Assembly: GCA_951406725.2 (NCBI GenBank)
Contig: OX597823.1
Span: 106,578,001 to 106,642,000, forward strand
Reading direction: 5' to 3'
Source: Octopus vulgaris
Taxonomy: Eukaryota
DNA: 64,000 bases
In this document: piece after piece, positions 41,724 through 56,513 of the stretch
Numbering within the stretch: position 1 is the stretch's first letter
How the letters are laid out: each line of letters starts with the position of its first letter
The notes under the pieces: model-generated
Databases searched by the model: none
What the model saw: the letters and a program-made list of their open reading frames with translations, nothing else
What the model was told of the DNA's origin: nothing
Translations under genes and position numbers: made by a program

Positions 41724-42105
41724 TCAGGTATGGCTGTGTGGCAAGAAGCTTACTTCCCAACCATATGGTTCCGGGTTCAGTCCCTCTGAGTGGTACCTTG
41801 AGCAAGTGTCTTCTACTATAGCTCCGGGCCGATCAAAACCTTGTGAGTGGATTTGGCGGAAACTGAGAGAAGCCCGTCGTATATATGTATGTCTTACTTT
41901 GTCCTCCTGCCATCGCTTGACAACAGGCGCTGGTGTGTTTACATGACCGTAAGTTAGTGGTTCGGCAAAGGTGGCCGACAGAATAAGCACCAAGCTTTAA
42001 AAAGTAAGTACTGGGGTCGATACATTAGGCTAAAAAATTCTACACGGCGGTGCCCCAGCATGGCTGCAGTCTAATGGCTGAAACAAGTAAAAGATAAAGA
42101 TAAAA
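41724..42105 (+). mobile_element. SINE-A
   Basis: Full architecture, diverged. Confidence 0.85.
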
Positions 42106-43227
42106 AATAAAATGCATTGATAGAAACGGAATAATTAAAACTTTTGAAACAATCAAGTAATTAAAAAATTAAATGATCGATTTTTAATTATCTGATTTTA
42201 GTTCGGTATAAATGCAGTTTACTCGAAAAATATTTTGAGAAAGAAAACTCTCTGAAAAATGATTTGTCGGAAAACCTTTAAACAATGGGCTTTATTCCTC
42301 TTTGCATTTTAAATTAAGAGGTTTTCTCCAAGCGGGTTTTATTCGTATTCCATTACAGTTATGCGGAAGATAATAGAAATGTTACACTCTGTAGAGTTAT
42401 AAGTAGTACAATGGTGTGGTGGAGTTCATTACTCTGTTAACTCCAGTAGTCAATAAACTGTTGTCTTTTCCCACATCTTGCTGTAATTCCTGACGTGATG
42501 GTCGTTTGGGAAAAGATGGGCCTCATCGAGTCAAATTTACTCAGTAAAAATGGAAGCTAATCCTTAGAAAACACATACACACATATGCATACACATTTAC
42601 ATAACATGCACAAATACGCAAATATACAAGCACACACCTATGTGCACAAATAATCACGCCTATTTATCTCGAAGATTTGCTCTAGAATACTCAGTTGTGG
42701 CGAGTGTTATAGAGCAAACAAGTCACAGATGAATACCGCCGTACCATGCCATCTCCCGGCTGAATACAATTTCTCTTAACGGTATGAATGACAAGCACTA
42801 AAGTTTCTTCCTACCCGTGAAAAAGAAGCACAAAATAGAAGTCCTGATCAACTGGATCATATAGCTAGGCTTCATTCTCCGGATTGGGGGTATTTATTCT
42901 GCTTGTGGTCCTTTTACATGCTACCTTTCTCACTTTTAGCTTATCTAAAATAATGAATATATATTTATTCTTAATCAACATAATGCAATACTGAATTGTT
43001 TTCGTAAACGGGCAGTAAATAAGGTTAGTATTCTGAGGAGTTGGTGATGAGGGATATACATCGCAGGGTCCACAGAATTTTTAAAAAAGAAAATAGGGGT
43101 CTTATTTTAACAGAAACTAGGCTACTCTCAATAGTAACACACACACACAAACACATTCACATCTTAATTGAATGCTGACTTTCTACTCCACTCGTTCCCT
43201 ATATATACATATGTAGATATGTGTGTA

Positions 43228-43282
<55 letters not shown>

Positions 43283-44135
43283 TTATGTATAAAGAAAGGG
43301 AGAGAGATAATGAAAAGAAAAAGGGGGAAATATCTAAACATAAATGGACAACAAAAATTGTGTTTGCACTACTAAAAATCTACGAAAGACACAAATCTCT
43401 GCCCCTACCAACACAGATATATTCGAGTAGAAATACACATACGCATGCGCACAAACTTATACTGACGGAAACAAAAGACACAGAGCACACAAATATTAAA
43501 TTTTATTCCCTTCTCACAGGGTGTTCTCCCACCTCTCCCCCTTCCTTTCACATTCACATACATAAACACAATACATACGCCTATATATGTGTGCGTATTT
43601 GTATGTATACACGTTTTTAGGTTTGCGTATAAATAAAATAGATACATGTATTTATAGATGTAATTACGTTTATATACGTATGTCAATGTAGCTCAGTGTG
43701 TGTTTGTGTGTGCATATATATATATGTGAATATGCTTATTTGTATGTGTCTGTACGCGTGCATGATAATGTACGTGTGTGCAGAATAAAGCTTTTGTGAG
43801 CTACTGACCGCTCAGTGACTTAGCACTGACCGAATTTTGAAATCTTGCCAAATAAAATCCCAGCAGTTTGATCTGACCTCATTGCTTCTGACATAGGGTA
43901 AGAATGGTGAAGGAGGTGGCATTGTTGTGGTGATAGGGAGAGGGGGAATGTGGTGGGGCGGGGTATGGTGGTGGTGGATATTTAAAATGAAAAACAAAAT
44001 ATTTCACAAACTGCACTTGTTTTCTTATATGTTGTTAGACATCCAGATGTTTTCTTTCGTATTTGGGCTCCAGCCCTCTGAAATGTCAACCAGCTTGTGT
44101 ACCCAGGTACGTATGAATGTATATATGTATGTGTA

Positions 44136-44195
<60 letters not shown>

Positions 44196-44244
44196 AGGTA
44201 CGTATGAATGTATATATGTATGTGAATATCTATCTATCTATCAT

Positions 44245-45420
44245 AGTAAAAGCGGAAGCAATTAGATATAGCAAGGCACTAGCCGTAGATAGAAATAGAG
44301 TAGAGGGTGAGTTAGTTAAGAAGTTAGAAGAGGCAATAAGAAGCGGCATCACATCCGACGTTTTAGCGGCGAGGTTGGCCCTTGACCAACACTTCAACGC
44401 CAAACACGAAGGGTGTGCTTTCAGGGCTAGGATGCGTGCTCTAAGGATGGAAGGTATTGGAGCCGCGAGGGAGGCCCGGGTGGCGGAGGCGCAGCAGGGC
44501 AACAAAGCCACCATTCGGTCTCTGGTAGATGAACAAGGGCGCGAATTACTCGAGCCCAGCAAGATGTGCGAGGCATTTCAGCGGCACTTTGCCCGACTGT
44601 ACGGGACGAGTGGCGAGCGTGAACGCAGGGTGGACTTCAGTGCCTACCTGCACAGCCTACCCCGACTCTCGGCAAGAGAGGCAGAGTGCTGCGAGGGTGC
44701 CATCACGGCGGCGGATGTGCGGGACGCAATGGCAGAACGCTCGAGGGACAAATCGCCGGGTTTGGATGGTCTGCCCTACGAGTTTTACAATTGTATGCCA
44801 GACTTGTTTGGTGACGTCTTGGCAGCGGTATACTGCAACTGGCTGCAAAACGGGAGCATACCCGGTTTTGTGAGTCGAGGAGCCGTAACGCTGCTGAAGA
44901 AAGATCCAAACAAGGGGGACATTATAGATAACTTTAGACCAATCACCCTGTTCAATGCAGACCTGAAAATTTCGACCAAGGTGTTAGCCAAGAGGTTGGC
45001 GCCTGTCATCGAGAAACTGCTCGATAAGGCACAAACGTGCGCCGTGCCGGGCCGGAGCATCCATGACAACCTCCATCTGATGCGCTACATCATAGACAGA
45101 GTAGTTAAGGAACCTGGCATGGGTGGGGCCCTGATCAATTAGGATCAATCGAAAGCCTTCGATGGGGTAGACCATCGATACTTGGAGGCAGTCCTGAGTG
45201 CGGCTGGTTTCGGTCCCGTCTTCCGCAGCTGGATAGCTGCCTTGTACAGAGGCATCCGTTCAGTAGTTCGCGTAAATGGACATCTATTGAGACCTTTCGA
45301 CATTGCACGTTCGGTCCGTCAGGGATGCCCCCTCTCATCGCTTCTATACGTATTGACTCTCGAGCCACTACTGCGGAAGCTGGCGACTCTGAGGGGCATC
45401 CCGCGAGAATTGGGATGCGG
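44245..45420 (+). pseudogene. L1/Tx1-clade LINE ORF2 internal fragment (reverse transcriptase), one in-frame stop
   Basis: DKSPGLDGLPYEFY, NFRPITLFNADLKI, *DQSKAFDGVDH, VRQGCPLS; TAG at 45140-45142 is in frame with the following ORF; ends before the YADD motif. Confidence 0.93.
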
Positions 45421-45956
45421 GATTATTGGACTTCGAAAATCCGTCCATACTGTATCATCAGTCAATATAGAGACTCTAATAATACCCTGCACACCTATTT
45501 GATTATGAAGATTCACTAACATACTTTCTAAGTGAAACTCAATATACTTACCATTATAGTTAATACCAAATGTTCCTTTTCGGACTTTTCATAATGTGAT
45601 ACAGATCTTTGGTATAGCAATTGCATGCGGCTGAAGAGAGCTTTAAACCATCTGTTATGTCGATTATACATTGATGTAAGAATAAGTTGTTTTATAAAGC
45701 TTGCAACACGTGTACCGCGACATCCTTTGTGTTTTTTTTTTATTTCATTTGATACATATATCCTCTCACCTCTTCTACTAGCTGGCATATACAGGCGCTT
45801 ACATTTGTTAAGTATTCACCCTGAATTTATTATATATATATATATATAAGTTCAGCAAAATTTAGATTCAAATGAATATGGCACTTAACTTAGATGCACC
45901 AGAAATTTGTATGGGTTATCCATGTAAATCCATATAAATTGATTATATATTTATAT

Positions 45957-46043
<87 letters not shown>

Positions 46044-47823
46044 TACCCCTCCCCACACACATACATATATGAGCACAAGATGTCACCAACAGTAAACAAC
46101 ATAAAATACGAAAACAAATGAGTTCAATACGCAAGCAACGAGAGAAACAAATGGAAAACAGGACAGCGTTCGCTATTTTACCCTCGTTCTGGTCTAAAGA
46201 CACTCCATGTTTGTCTTCGAGGTTGCGCTATCAAAAATGGAAAACGTTTTATTTGAATTGTTTTCATGCCTGGGGCACATATACCTCATGCTTGAAGGAG
46301 AGGATAGTAAGTGCGAAAAGATGGTATTCGTTGTGTAACTGAAATGAACTAGCTTTGGTCAGAAATTGAAACTGCGTCGTTGCCGCCAGCTGATAGATAG
46401 TCACATCTTATTCTCTGGTACATTCATTAACAATGACAACCATTTTTCTTGTTGGTTAAACAAATATGTCGGAGATATTAGAAAAGAAGGGAAATGAAGA
46501 GATGTCAGCTTCCTGTTTCTCTTAACTATATATTAATGATGTTGGTAAATCGAAACTGGGCCCACAGACCAGTAATTTAACACAAATTCTTTGTGACAAG
46601 GTACAAGAACAAATATTTGGAGAAGAAAGAGTGCATCCTGTACTTAATCAATTTCATTCTTTTATTCTATTACTAGTTTCAATCACTGGACTACGGCCAA
46701 GCTGGGGCATTGTGTTCAGATGTTATAAGCTATCATATTGACCCCGGTACATATTTATATCTGCCAATTACTTTATCAAATATCCGACAAATTTGAGGAA
46801 CTTAAAATGAACAAGTATACAAAGTAATGAAAGAAACGGAGGGGAGCTTGGTGTTCCGGACGCTAGCCCTTCGTTTAGAAAAAAGCGAAAAGCGGAAGCT
46901 GGTCACGACAACATTTTGCACATTTAAGAACTGAGTTATTTTGCTTGCCACTTAAGGCTCGGTGAACCGGGGTAAATTACCCCAAGTGGGGTAAAAATGA
47001 AATTCTTGAGTGTAATGAGGACTCATTAGGCATAAGTAAAGCTATAATATAAAAAAAAAACGTGTTTCTTTAATAAAGCTTTTGAATTCAAAGAATCTAT
47101 GATTTCTTCCTTTCAAAACAAGGGGCCAACGTCGGTGTAAATAAATATACTTTTAATTTCTAACATAGATAGACGGCTACATATTTGTAGGAATGAAAAG
47201 GAGAAGGAAGTTAATGAACGTCCGAGTCTTTTCTGTGGAAAACATTCAGGAACACCATACGCGCCATAGATTTTAAAGTTATGCCCCTGTCTTTATAATT
47301 CTTACGTTAAAAGCTTAGGGTGAGTGTGAGACAGTTCATTTGCTTTCACATAACAGCCTACCAGGAAACCAGGATAATCAGAGATACCTGAGATAAGAGA
47401 CTGATAATCATAGACCAGAAAATTGAGATCAAGAGCGGGGACCAAGCGTGTTCGATTCCTGGACTGGGTGGCATGTCGCGTACTCCAGGAAGGCATTTCA
47501 TTTCACATTGTTGCACTCAGCTCCAGTACCAGTTAGAGGTTTGTGCAGCCCTCTTTCCTTTCAACTGTTACAATGTCGTTATTCTGCTGGTTCAGTGAAT
47601 GGCAAAAGGATAAGGCCTCTGCTCGCGATTACAAAGGCACCTAAAACAACGAGAGTTTGGCAGTAACCACTAAGTCATTCTTGCTAGCGAAAGACATAGA
47701 AACCTTACATACATATGGATGCTTTATATGTATGTATTATAGAAACTCAGTCAGCTGAGTTTCTATAGTACCGGACTACTTAGCTTAAAATGTCTTACGT
47801 TCGAACCTACGACAATTTTTTAA

Positions 47824-48210
47824 GGTGCAGGCGTGGCTACTTGGTAAGAAGCTTGCTTCCCAACCACACGGTTCCTAGTTCAGACCTACTGCGTGGCACC
47901 TTGGGTCAGTGTCTTCTAGTGTAGCCTCGGGCCGATCAAAGCTTTGTGAGTGGATTTGGTAGACGGAACCTGAAAGAAGCTCATTGTGTGTATGTGTGTG
48001 TGTGCGTGTGTTTGTCCCCACTACCGCTTGGCAACCGGTTCTGGTTTGTTTACGTCCTCGTAATTCAGCGGTTCGGTCTGGTACTTTTTAAAGTACCAGG
48101 CTTTAAAAGATAAGTACCGGGATCGATTCATTCGACTAAAAATTTTCCAAGGTAGTGCTCCAGCATGGTCGCAGTCTAATGACCGAAACAAATAACAGAT
48201 AAAAGATAAA
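47824..48210 (+). mobile_element. SINE-A
   Basis: Full architecture, diverged. Confidence 0.85.
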
Positions 48211-48825
48211 TGTGTGTGTGTTGGTGGGGCGGATGTAAAACTCTACATTATGTTCTATCACAGCATGTCTTGTGAATTAGCAGTTAGACAACACGAGATC
48301 GATAAAATAAATCCTGAGACTCATGTGATCAACTAAAAAAAGATATATATGTTCGCCACTGTGCGTCTTTGCATGCGTTTATGTCTTGATTTCTAGAGCT
48401 GTGTGTTAAACTTTGAACATACATGCACATGTATGTATACAAATATACATGCATATTTATATATACTGTCTGTGTGTAATGTGTCATTCCGTCTGAGACA
48501 CAGAACATTTGTAAACGTCTCGGAGAGGTTTTCAAAACTTTTCATCTCTGAAATTCTAAACCATCAGGAAATGATCTGTGAACAGCGTTGAAATTCCAGC
48601 TGCCAAATGAAATGGAACCAGTCAGCCCTGCAGCAGAGATGACGTTAGCTTTATAATTCAGTGTCATTTGAGTCAAGTATTCTGAGGATGCTGGTAATAA
48701 AATATACGCTGATGAATAAAAAGTATTATTAAGAGTGAATTAGTAATACATTTGTGTTGTGCTCTGTGTGTGTGTGTGTGTTTATAAACATGTGCATCAA
48801 TCGATCACTTTATACATACACACAA

Positions 48826-48873
<48 letters not shown>

Positions 48874-49061
48874 GCACAGATACACACACATAGATACATA
48901 CACATTTAAGTTGAATATTATATCTTATTTTAACTAGAAAACTTAAGCGAAACTTCGAGGTCACTGTCAGATTTTTCTTCGTTATGATTATACACGACGC
49001 AGACACATACATGATTTTCTACTTAAATGTAAAATCAACATACTCAACTTGTTTGTTGAAA

Positions 49062-49117
<56 letters not shown>

Positions 49118-49435
49118 TGTGATAACCGTGAGACATAACTGGTCGAACCCGCATGTTAAAGGTGGGATTCATTTACGTACTATCGCGCATCACCGTGGTT
49201 CAGGTACTTTTTCGACCTGTAACATCGGGATGTCCTACTCTTTTTTTGGAGGCAGTGGATCCCTATTTTGCTGCGTTTACTAAGGTTGCGTTTGCTGCTG
49301 ACCAAAATAGTTTCTAAAGTTTTACTGGTACATAATCCACATGGACGCCCACCACTAATACAATTCATGACTAACCCTATTATTGTTTAACTCGTGCACA
49401 TATTCAGCTAAGGAAGTAGAGTGTCTAAGTTCCTG

Positions 49436-49852
49436 AAGGCGGCGAGTTGGCAGAATCGCTAGCACGCCGGACGAAATGCTTAGCGGTATTTCATCTGCCG
49501 TTACGTTCTGAGTTCAAATTTTGCCGAGGTCGACTTTGCCTTTCATCCTTTCGGGGGCGATAAATAAAGAACCAGTTTCGCACTGGGGTCAATATAATCG
49601 ACTTAATCCCTTTGTCTGTCCGTGTTTGTCCTCTCTGTGTTTAGCTCCTTGTGGGTAGTAAAGAAATAGGTATTTCGTCTGCCGTTACGTTCTGAGTTCG
49701 AATTCCGCCGAGGTCGACTTTGCCTTTCATCCTTTCGGGGTCAATAAATTAAGTACCATTTACGCACTGAGGTCGATGTAATCGACTTAATCCGTTTGTC
49801 TGTCCTTGTTTGTCCCCTCTGTGTTTAGCCCCTTGTAGGCAATAAAGGAATA
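49436..49852 (+). mobile_element. SINE-B dimer (full + headless unit) with 16-bp TSD
   Basis: agagtgtctaagttcc at 49418-49433 and 49853-49868. Confidence 0.92.
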
Positions 49853-50327
49853 AGAGTGTCTAAGTTCCAGGTTGGAGAAGGAGTGCTTATGCATCGAAAC
49901 GCGCTGCTTCCCTGGGTTACTGTTGGAGCCATTATGCGTAACTACCTCACATTTATATAGCACATTGGTAAGTATGCACTGACCGCGTTGGAGCCGGCGC
50001 AGGGGTCCGGAAGTTATACCCGGACGAAGGGGGCTTGAGTTATAACGGAAAGTTTTGAAATTATTTTAGCCAATTATTTTGGTGTCGCTCTATTGTTAAT
50101 GGAAATTTAATACATCTAAGTTATATATGTGTGATCAGCCGGAGAGGAATAAAGTTTGGAACGGACCAGTGTTATGTTCCGTTAGCCCCGTTCCAGTCCC
50201 GTTTTACAAATGTCTCGCAGAATGTCATCCACGCACTGGACCAGCTAAATATACTGAGAAGGGCAGTCGATGGGGGGGGGGTCACGAATTGGGGAGTGCC
50301 ACCTTCTGTATTAATAAGATAATTATT

Positions 50328-50770
50328 AGCTTCTAATTTTGGCACCAGGCCAGCAATTTTTGAGGAGTGAGCTAGTCGATTACATCGACCCCCAGTGCTC
50401 AATTAGTATTTGTCGTATCGATCTTGAAAGCATGAAAGGTAAAGTCGACTGGGACGGAAGTTGAACTCAGAACATTAAGACGGACGGAGTGTCGCTAAGC
50501 ATTTTGCCCGGCATGGTAACGATTCTGCCTTATTAATACCATAATTATTAATTCATAATGAGTGATGATGAGCAAGCAGAATCGATAGATCTTGAGTAAA
50601 AACAAAAAATGCCTTCAGTATTTATTCTGGATCTTTAAGTTCTGAGTTCAAATACAACCGGAGTCAAATTTGCTTTTCATCACTTCGGGGTCGTAAAATA
50701 AAGTACCAGTCAAGTACCGTTGTCGATGGTATTGACCTTCCATTGAGATTGCTGTCTTTGTGCCTAAACG
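50328..50770. mobile_element. Two degenerate SINE-B copies head-to-head (50328-50530 minus, ~50572-50770 plus)
   Basis: Similarity to other copies. Confidence 0.7.
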
Positions 50771-53112
50771 AGACATGTCTGATGTTAATACATCTGGGAC
50801 CCAGATTTCTCTTTTATTAGGGCCATACCTTGCAGTAATAAATATGATAAAAATTCGCGTTGTACTTACATGCGCGGTTTACATTCCTCGGCCTTAGTCA
50901 CAAAATTTGATGTGTGGATCACAGCTCCCGAAATGTTTGCTGTCAAATAAATAAAGGCGACAGACCAATGTACACACAAACGTACGGAATATGTCACCTT
51001 GTTTAGGTTCTTGTCAACATTGTTCGTAGGTAGTAGGGATTATTTGATTATATTATTTATTTCCGTATATCCATGGGGTGAAAGGATCTCTCAGCATTGA
51101 AACTGCGTGACGGTGCTCGTGATATCATTTCAGATCGATCGCATAACGCTAGAACTGAGATTAATCTATATCTAAGCCTACACAATGAACCGCGCCAACT
51201 CAGAAGGCATCGTTGCTCTGTGAGATACCAGTCTGAGACACAGAAAGACATTTTAGCCAGATTTTGCTCCATGCGTTCTTGCAGCATCAAGCTGTGCAAA
51301 TATCTCTTACACTGGGATGGGGCTGGGGGAACGAGATATATAAGGATGCTTTTTTTTTGGGGGGGGGGTAGCGGATCCAATCACCAGTGTCTAGATATAA
51401 TGATGATAACAATGATGATGATTGTAGAGGTAGAGGTAATTGTTGTGTTGGTGGTGGTCATGGTAGTCGTCGTCAGAATGGAGTTGGTCATGGTAGGCAG
51501 TGGCAGATTATGATGGTTATGCTGGTGCTGGTTGTGGTGATGTTTGTGGTGGTGGTAGTGATGATAAGGATGACGATGATGGTTGTTGTTGTTAGTGATG
51601 TCGAAGGTAAACATTCCTCAAAGCAGGCCGCAGTTCGATGCTCCAGATATTTTTCAAAATCATTTTGATTCTAAGATCGATCAATAAACAACAGTACGGC
51701 AACTTCTACCAGTTGACTTAACAAGATAGTAACATACTGAGTATTATTGTGATACTCGGAGTTGTTCACCTGGGGAGTAGCCCATCGATGCTGTTGTTCA
51801 ATATGATTGTGACGATGCTGTTGCAGCAACTGCGGCTGCTGCTGACGATGATGATGGTTGTTTTACGATGATCATGTTTATAGAAACCATGGTCACTGTG
51901 TCTGTTGTTGTCTGTTAATTATGTCTTTATTGATGTTTCGCACCCTTGTCGAAGAAACTCATGTTTAATGGTGCCTCAGTGACGGATATCCATATTTTTT
52001 TCAGACATAATATATCAAGGACCACATCAAATAATCTATGCGCGACTCATTATCTTCCATCTTTTGGCGCCTGTAAGAATTGAGAGGATTTGGCTGCTAT
52101 TTCTAGCAGGTTGATCGATCACGTAGGATCATACTGGAGCACCTTTTTTCCCCACATTTTGTCTTTACGTGTTCACCCCCCCCCCCCGTTTCTTCGAGGC
52201 AAGCTTGTGTCCAGCATAAAAGATAGCAATGATATTTGTTCTTGATTCTTGTAGCATAAAGCAAGACCAAGGAGAAGAAGAAAGAAAAGGAAACACATTT
52301 CATGGTTTGTATTGAAATTAGCTTAAGGCAGGCCATCAGGCGACACCAGCAATTCAAAGATATTTGCATTAGACTGCACCACCTGTGTGACGTTGGCCTT
52401 TTTTAAGGGATGCTACCATATGTTTCATGGAAGCGCCTACAGCATTTAAACGTGCAAAAAAAGAAGTGATCCTTATCATCCTTGTTTTTTTACAAAAAAC
52501 TAACTGTCAAATGATAAGCGGGCTTTTTTTTTTGCGCTCTCTCTCTCCCTCCCTCTCCCCCCTCCCTCCCTCTCTCTCTCTTCAATACAGTATAGTTGGT
52601 TTTACAGCATGCAAGCTACATTCATGTCTAATATCATAGGTCACAAGAGCCAAACTGAATTCTGTACGTAGCCAATTCTGTGATTTCACATATATATATA
52701 TATAAATATATAGATATAACTAGATGGATAAATATAGTGATATACACACACGTATATATATATCATATATCAAGTATATATATATATATAAACGTGTGTG
52801 TAATATATATATATATATATCAGTACACATTTATATGTACATGTATATATGCACATATCTGAGTGTGTGTAAGTGTGTAGTTTTGCAGTTTATGAGTGTG
52901 TGAGTGCGTGTGCTTGTAGTATTTGATGGAGGGTAAGTGTAAGTTGCGTCTCATATATAAGTATGCACACTTACGTACACAACAATACCTGCTCTTTTTT
53001 TACCCTTGTAATATATCCATCTGTCCGTCAGTCTCATTGTTTAACTCACTTTGTTCCCTTTTCATAATATACATACATAGAATCACACACGAAAATAGTC
53101 GTCTCTTCCTCT

Positions 53113-53170
<58 letters not shown>

Positions 53171-53643
53171 GATATATATAACATAGACACATATAATAGA
53201 TACATATAAAATACATATATATGTATTCATAATAGATATACGTATATAATATGTATATGTATATATATGTTGCTATCCGGTGTTAAATTCCACATTTAAT
53301 TTCCTTTTGACTTCTCTATCACTTATATTTTTCCGTTTACGCTATTTAAACCTTATTCACTTGCTAAGCATTACTTCGGGATCTGGCATCGCACCAATAT
53401 TTATTGGGGTCCATATAATGTAAATCGAATACCTCTATCACCTCACCTCTCTCTCTCTCTCTTACTATTTCACCTACTTTCTCCCCACCCCTCTCTCAGC
53501 CTCTGTCCTTTTCCCACGCAATTTCTCTATATCTCTCTCTACCTCTCTTTTTCAATATGTACACAATTTCATTACGGCTGTGTACGTATGCTTACATACC
53601 GCACACGTACTTTATACTGTTAAGCAACTCTATAGTTTTACGC

Positions 53644-53701
<58 letters not shown>

Positions 53702-53790
53702 AGGGATGATATTATTAAAATACTATCACGTGCGGCAAGCGAGTTTATCAGCCGTACAGGCAAATTAATAAAATATATTCATACAATATA

Positions 53791-53840
<50 letters not shown>

Positions 53841-53989
53841 GCAGACACACACACACACACACACACGAAGGCACGACATGAGTACCTACATCACTAAAAA
53901 TAGAAGTCAAAAATACTTCTGTAGGTGTTCATGTGGTGCCTTCGTGCATATTATGTGTCTATGTAAATATATATATATATATATATATA

Positions 53990-54215
53990 TTCTTTCCTAC
54001 CCACAAAGGGCTAAACACAGAGGGGACAAACAAGGACAGACAAAGGGATTACGTCGATTATATCGACCTCAGTGCGTAACTAGTACTTATTTAATCGACC
54101 CCGAAAGGATGAAAGGCAAAGTCGACCTCGGCGGAATTTGAACACAGAACATAACGACAGACGAAATACCGCTAAGCATTTCGCCAGACGTGCTAACGTT
54201 TCTGCCAGTTCGCCT
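53990..54215 (-). mobile_element. SINE-B full length
   Basis: Similarity; tail abuts (TA)n. Confidence 0.9.
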
Positions 54216-54231
54216 CATTTCAATGTATATC

Positions 54232-54358
54232 GCCTTTCATCCTTTCGGGGTCGATTAAATAAGTACCAGTTACGCACTGGTGTCGATGTAATCGACTTAA
54301 TCCCTTTGTCTGTCCTTGTTTGTCCCCTCTATGTTTAGCCCCTTGTGGGCAATAAAGA

Positions 54359-54362
<4 letters not shown>
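54232..54362 (+). mobile_element. SINE-B 3' half, inverted relative to its neighbour
   Basis: Similarity; tail abuts (TA)n. Confidence 0.9.
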
Positions 54363-54390
<28 letters not shown>

Positions 54391-55372
54391 GCTTACATAC
54401 ATGTATGTATATGTGTGTATATTTGTACGTATATAATTGTATGTGTGTGTATTGTTTTATACTTTCACTGCTTCCCGTCATTGGACTCTGTAACAATGAA
54501 TTACCATCTTTAAGCCAGTATTTAAGTCTCTCTCACCCATTTTCTCTCTCTCTCTCTCTCTCTCTCTCCCTCTCTCTCTTTCATTCCCTTCCTTTTCTTT
54601 TCCCTCTGGCTCCCCTCTCGCCCTTTCTCTCTCGTTCTAGACGAGCGCACGCACGCATACACAAAATAATTCCATTTGCCTATAGTGAAATTATTTTTCT
54701 TCTGCGTGGCGCGGCTACACCCGGCTACAATTGCACTTCGCAAATGTTGTGCTGTAGAGATGCAAAATATATATATATGTAACCTAACACCACCAAACTT
54801 CTTACCTTGTAGCATGGAACGTCAGTTACTCACGTCGCAGCGGGTCACCGACTACTTGACGCCAATCAACCGTGTGCTCTACCACGTAGATACGTGTACG
54901 AAAGAAAACCTCCAACGTTGATGTTTTATAAAATTATTTCCATTTCCTGAACTGGCCAATGAAGGTCATAATATTCTCAGCCAGGTGCCATTTAAAAGTA
55001 TTCTTTGCTTTGACTCTGTATGTTGAATGTGTGTAGATGCAGACCTACTAGTTAAGGCATTTGAACCATAACTACCCTGCCAACCATTTAATGTTGCTCT
55101 TACTTGCTTTCATATATTAGGATATGTTTTCAGGGAGATTTTATTTCTTTTTCTAGCAGGTTGAAATACTTAGTAAAGAATCCCTTATTGACCAATAGTA
55201 TCTCGACTGTTTAATTCAACCGATCTTTGTTTGTAAATATGTTCAGCCTCAAATCTCCACCACCGCAATTAATAAGTCAGTGTTTTTGGATATCAACAAT
55301 ACAATACAGCCCCTCCGTAAGATTAGTATTTCTTGATCTTTCTATATACATTTCCTCCCCCTCTACCAGTTT

Positions 55373-55706
55373 ACCCATACTCGCCTCCTTATGAGAGCTC
55401 AAAATATCTCGTGGAAGCGTCATCTAACCAAAGTACAAATATATGGGAAATTACCACCTGTATCATCTCTTGTGAAACGTAGAAGAGTCCAGTTTACTGG
55501 ACATTGTTGTAGAGCTGAAAACGAGGTAATTTCTACTCTTCTCTTCTGGAAGCCATCTGCTCACGATACCAGAGGACGCACAATCTCCTACCCTGATGTA
55601 ATCTCCAGGGATACAGGCATCAAGCAACAGGACTTCCGTAATACTATGATGGACAGTGAAGTCTGGCGTAACATAGTAAATTCCATTGTCTCGACCACGG
55701 TCGAAC
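55373..55706 (+). pseudogene. RTE-group LINE 3' end (post-RT C-terminal region), 5' truncated
   Basis: TRLLMRAQNISWKRH...IYGKLPPVSSLVKRRRVQFTGHCCR...LLFWKP...RGR...DTG...MMDSEVWR resembles RTE/RTE-X C-termini. Confidence 0.75.
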
Positions 55707-56202
55707 GAGAGAGAGACCTAATTTTTCCTGTATATATGATATGGAAACGGTAGTATTGTATGACGATGGTAGTCTCTAGGAGTGCGGAAAAGACAGTTCT
55801 GCAATATGTTGCTGAACAGGCGGCACAAATGATTTTTCCTTGTGATCAAATGTTTATCATGTGCATTGTTAGTTCGCTCCGGGCATCAAATCGATGTTGC
55901 CTGAACAGGTACACCGCACCACCCGATCCAGAAACAGGAACTATCAACTCGCAATTGTGTGTGCAATACTCTACCCACTTGGCCATTCGTCTTCATAGAC
56001 TTGTATAAAACAGATTATTACGTAAAATATACAACGCTCAAACCTAGTTGTGTGAATAAGTTTACTTTAAAACAATGCAGTTTCAGTACTACATCTATAC
56101 CTCCGGTGACCAATGCATTGTGTTGAAATAAAATAGACATAAACTCAGAGTTTCTCTCTCTTTTGCCAACTTTCCTTAATTATGTGTATGTCTGCTGGAA
56201 TG

Positions 56203-56299
<97 letters not shown>

Positions 56300-56301
56300 T
56301 A

Positions 56302-56384
56302 CAGTGGTTCCCAGCCTGGGGTCCGCGGACCCTTGGTGATCCGCAAATGTAGTACTAGGGGTCTGTGAACTAAATTCAACATGT

Positions 56385-56416
<32 letters not shown>

Positions 56417-56513
56417 AGGATAGGTATATTAAAAGGGGTCCGTGGGAAAACTTTAAATAAAAGGATTGGGAACCACAGTTGGTAACCACTGTGAAAAAGG
56501 TTGGGAACTACTG
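56302..56513. mobile_element. hAT (Charlie-like) MITE
   Basis: TIRs cagtggttccca / tgggaactactg; 8-bp TSD atctatta (56294-56301) / atctataa (56514-56521). Confidence 0.8.

Noticed and set aside
51057-51513. Non-repetitive ORFs on both strands
   Set aside because: No recognisable domain; the + ORF has an alternative start and runs into low-complexity sequence
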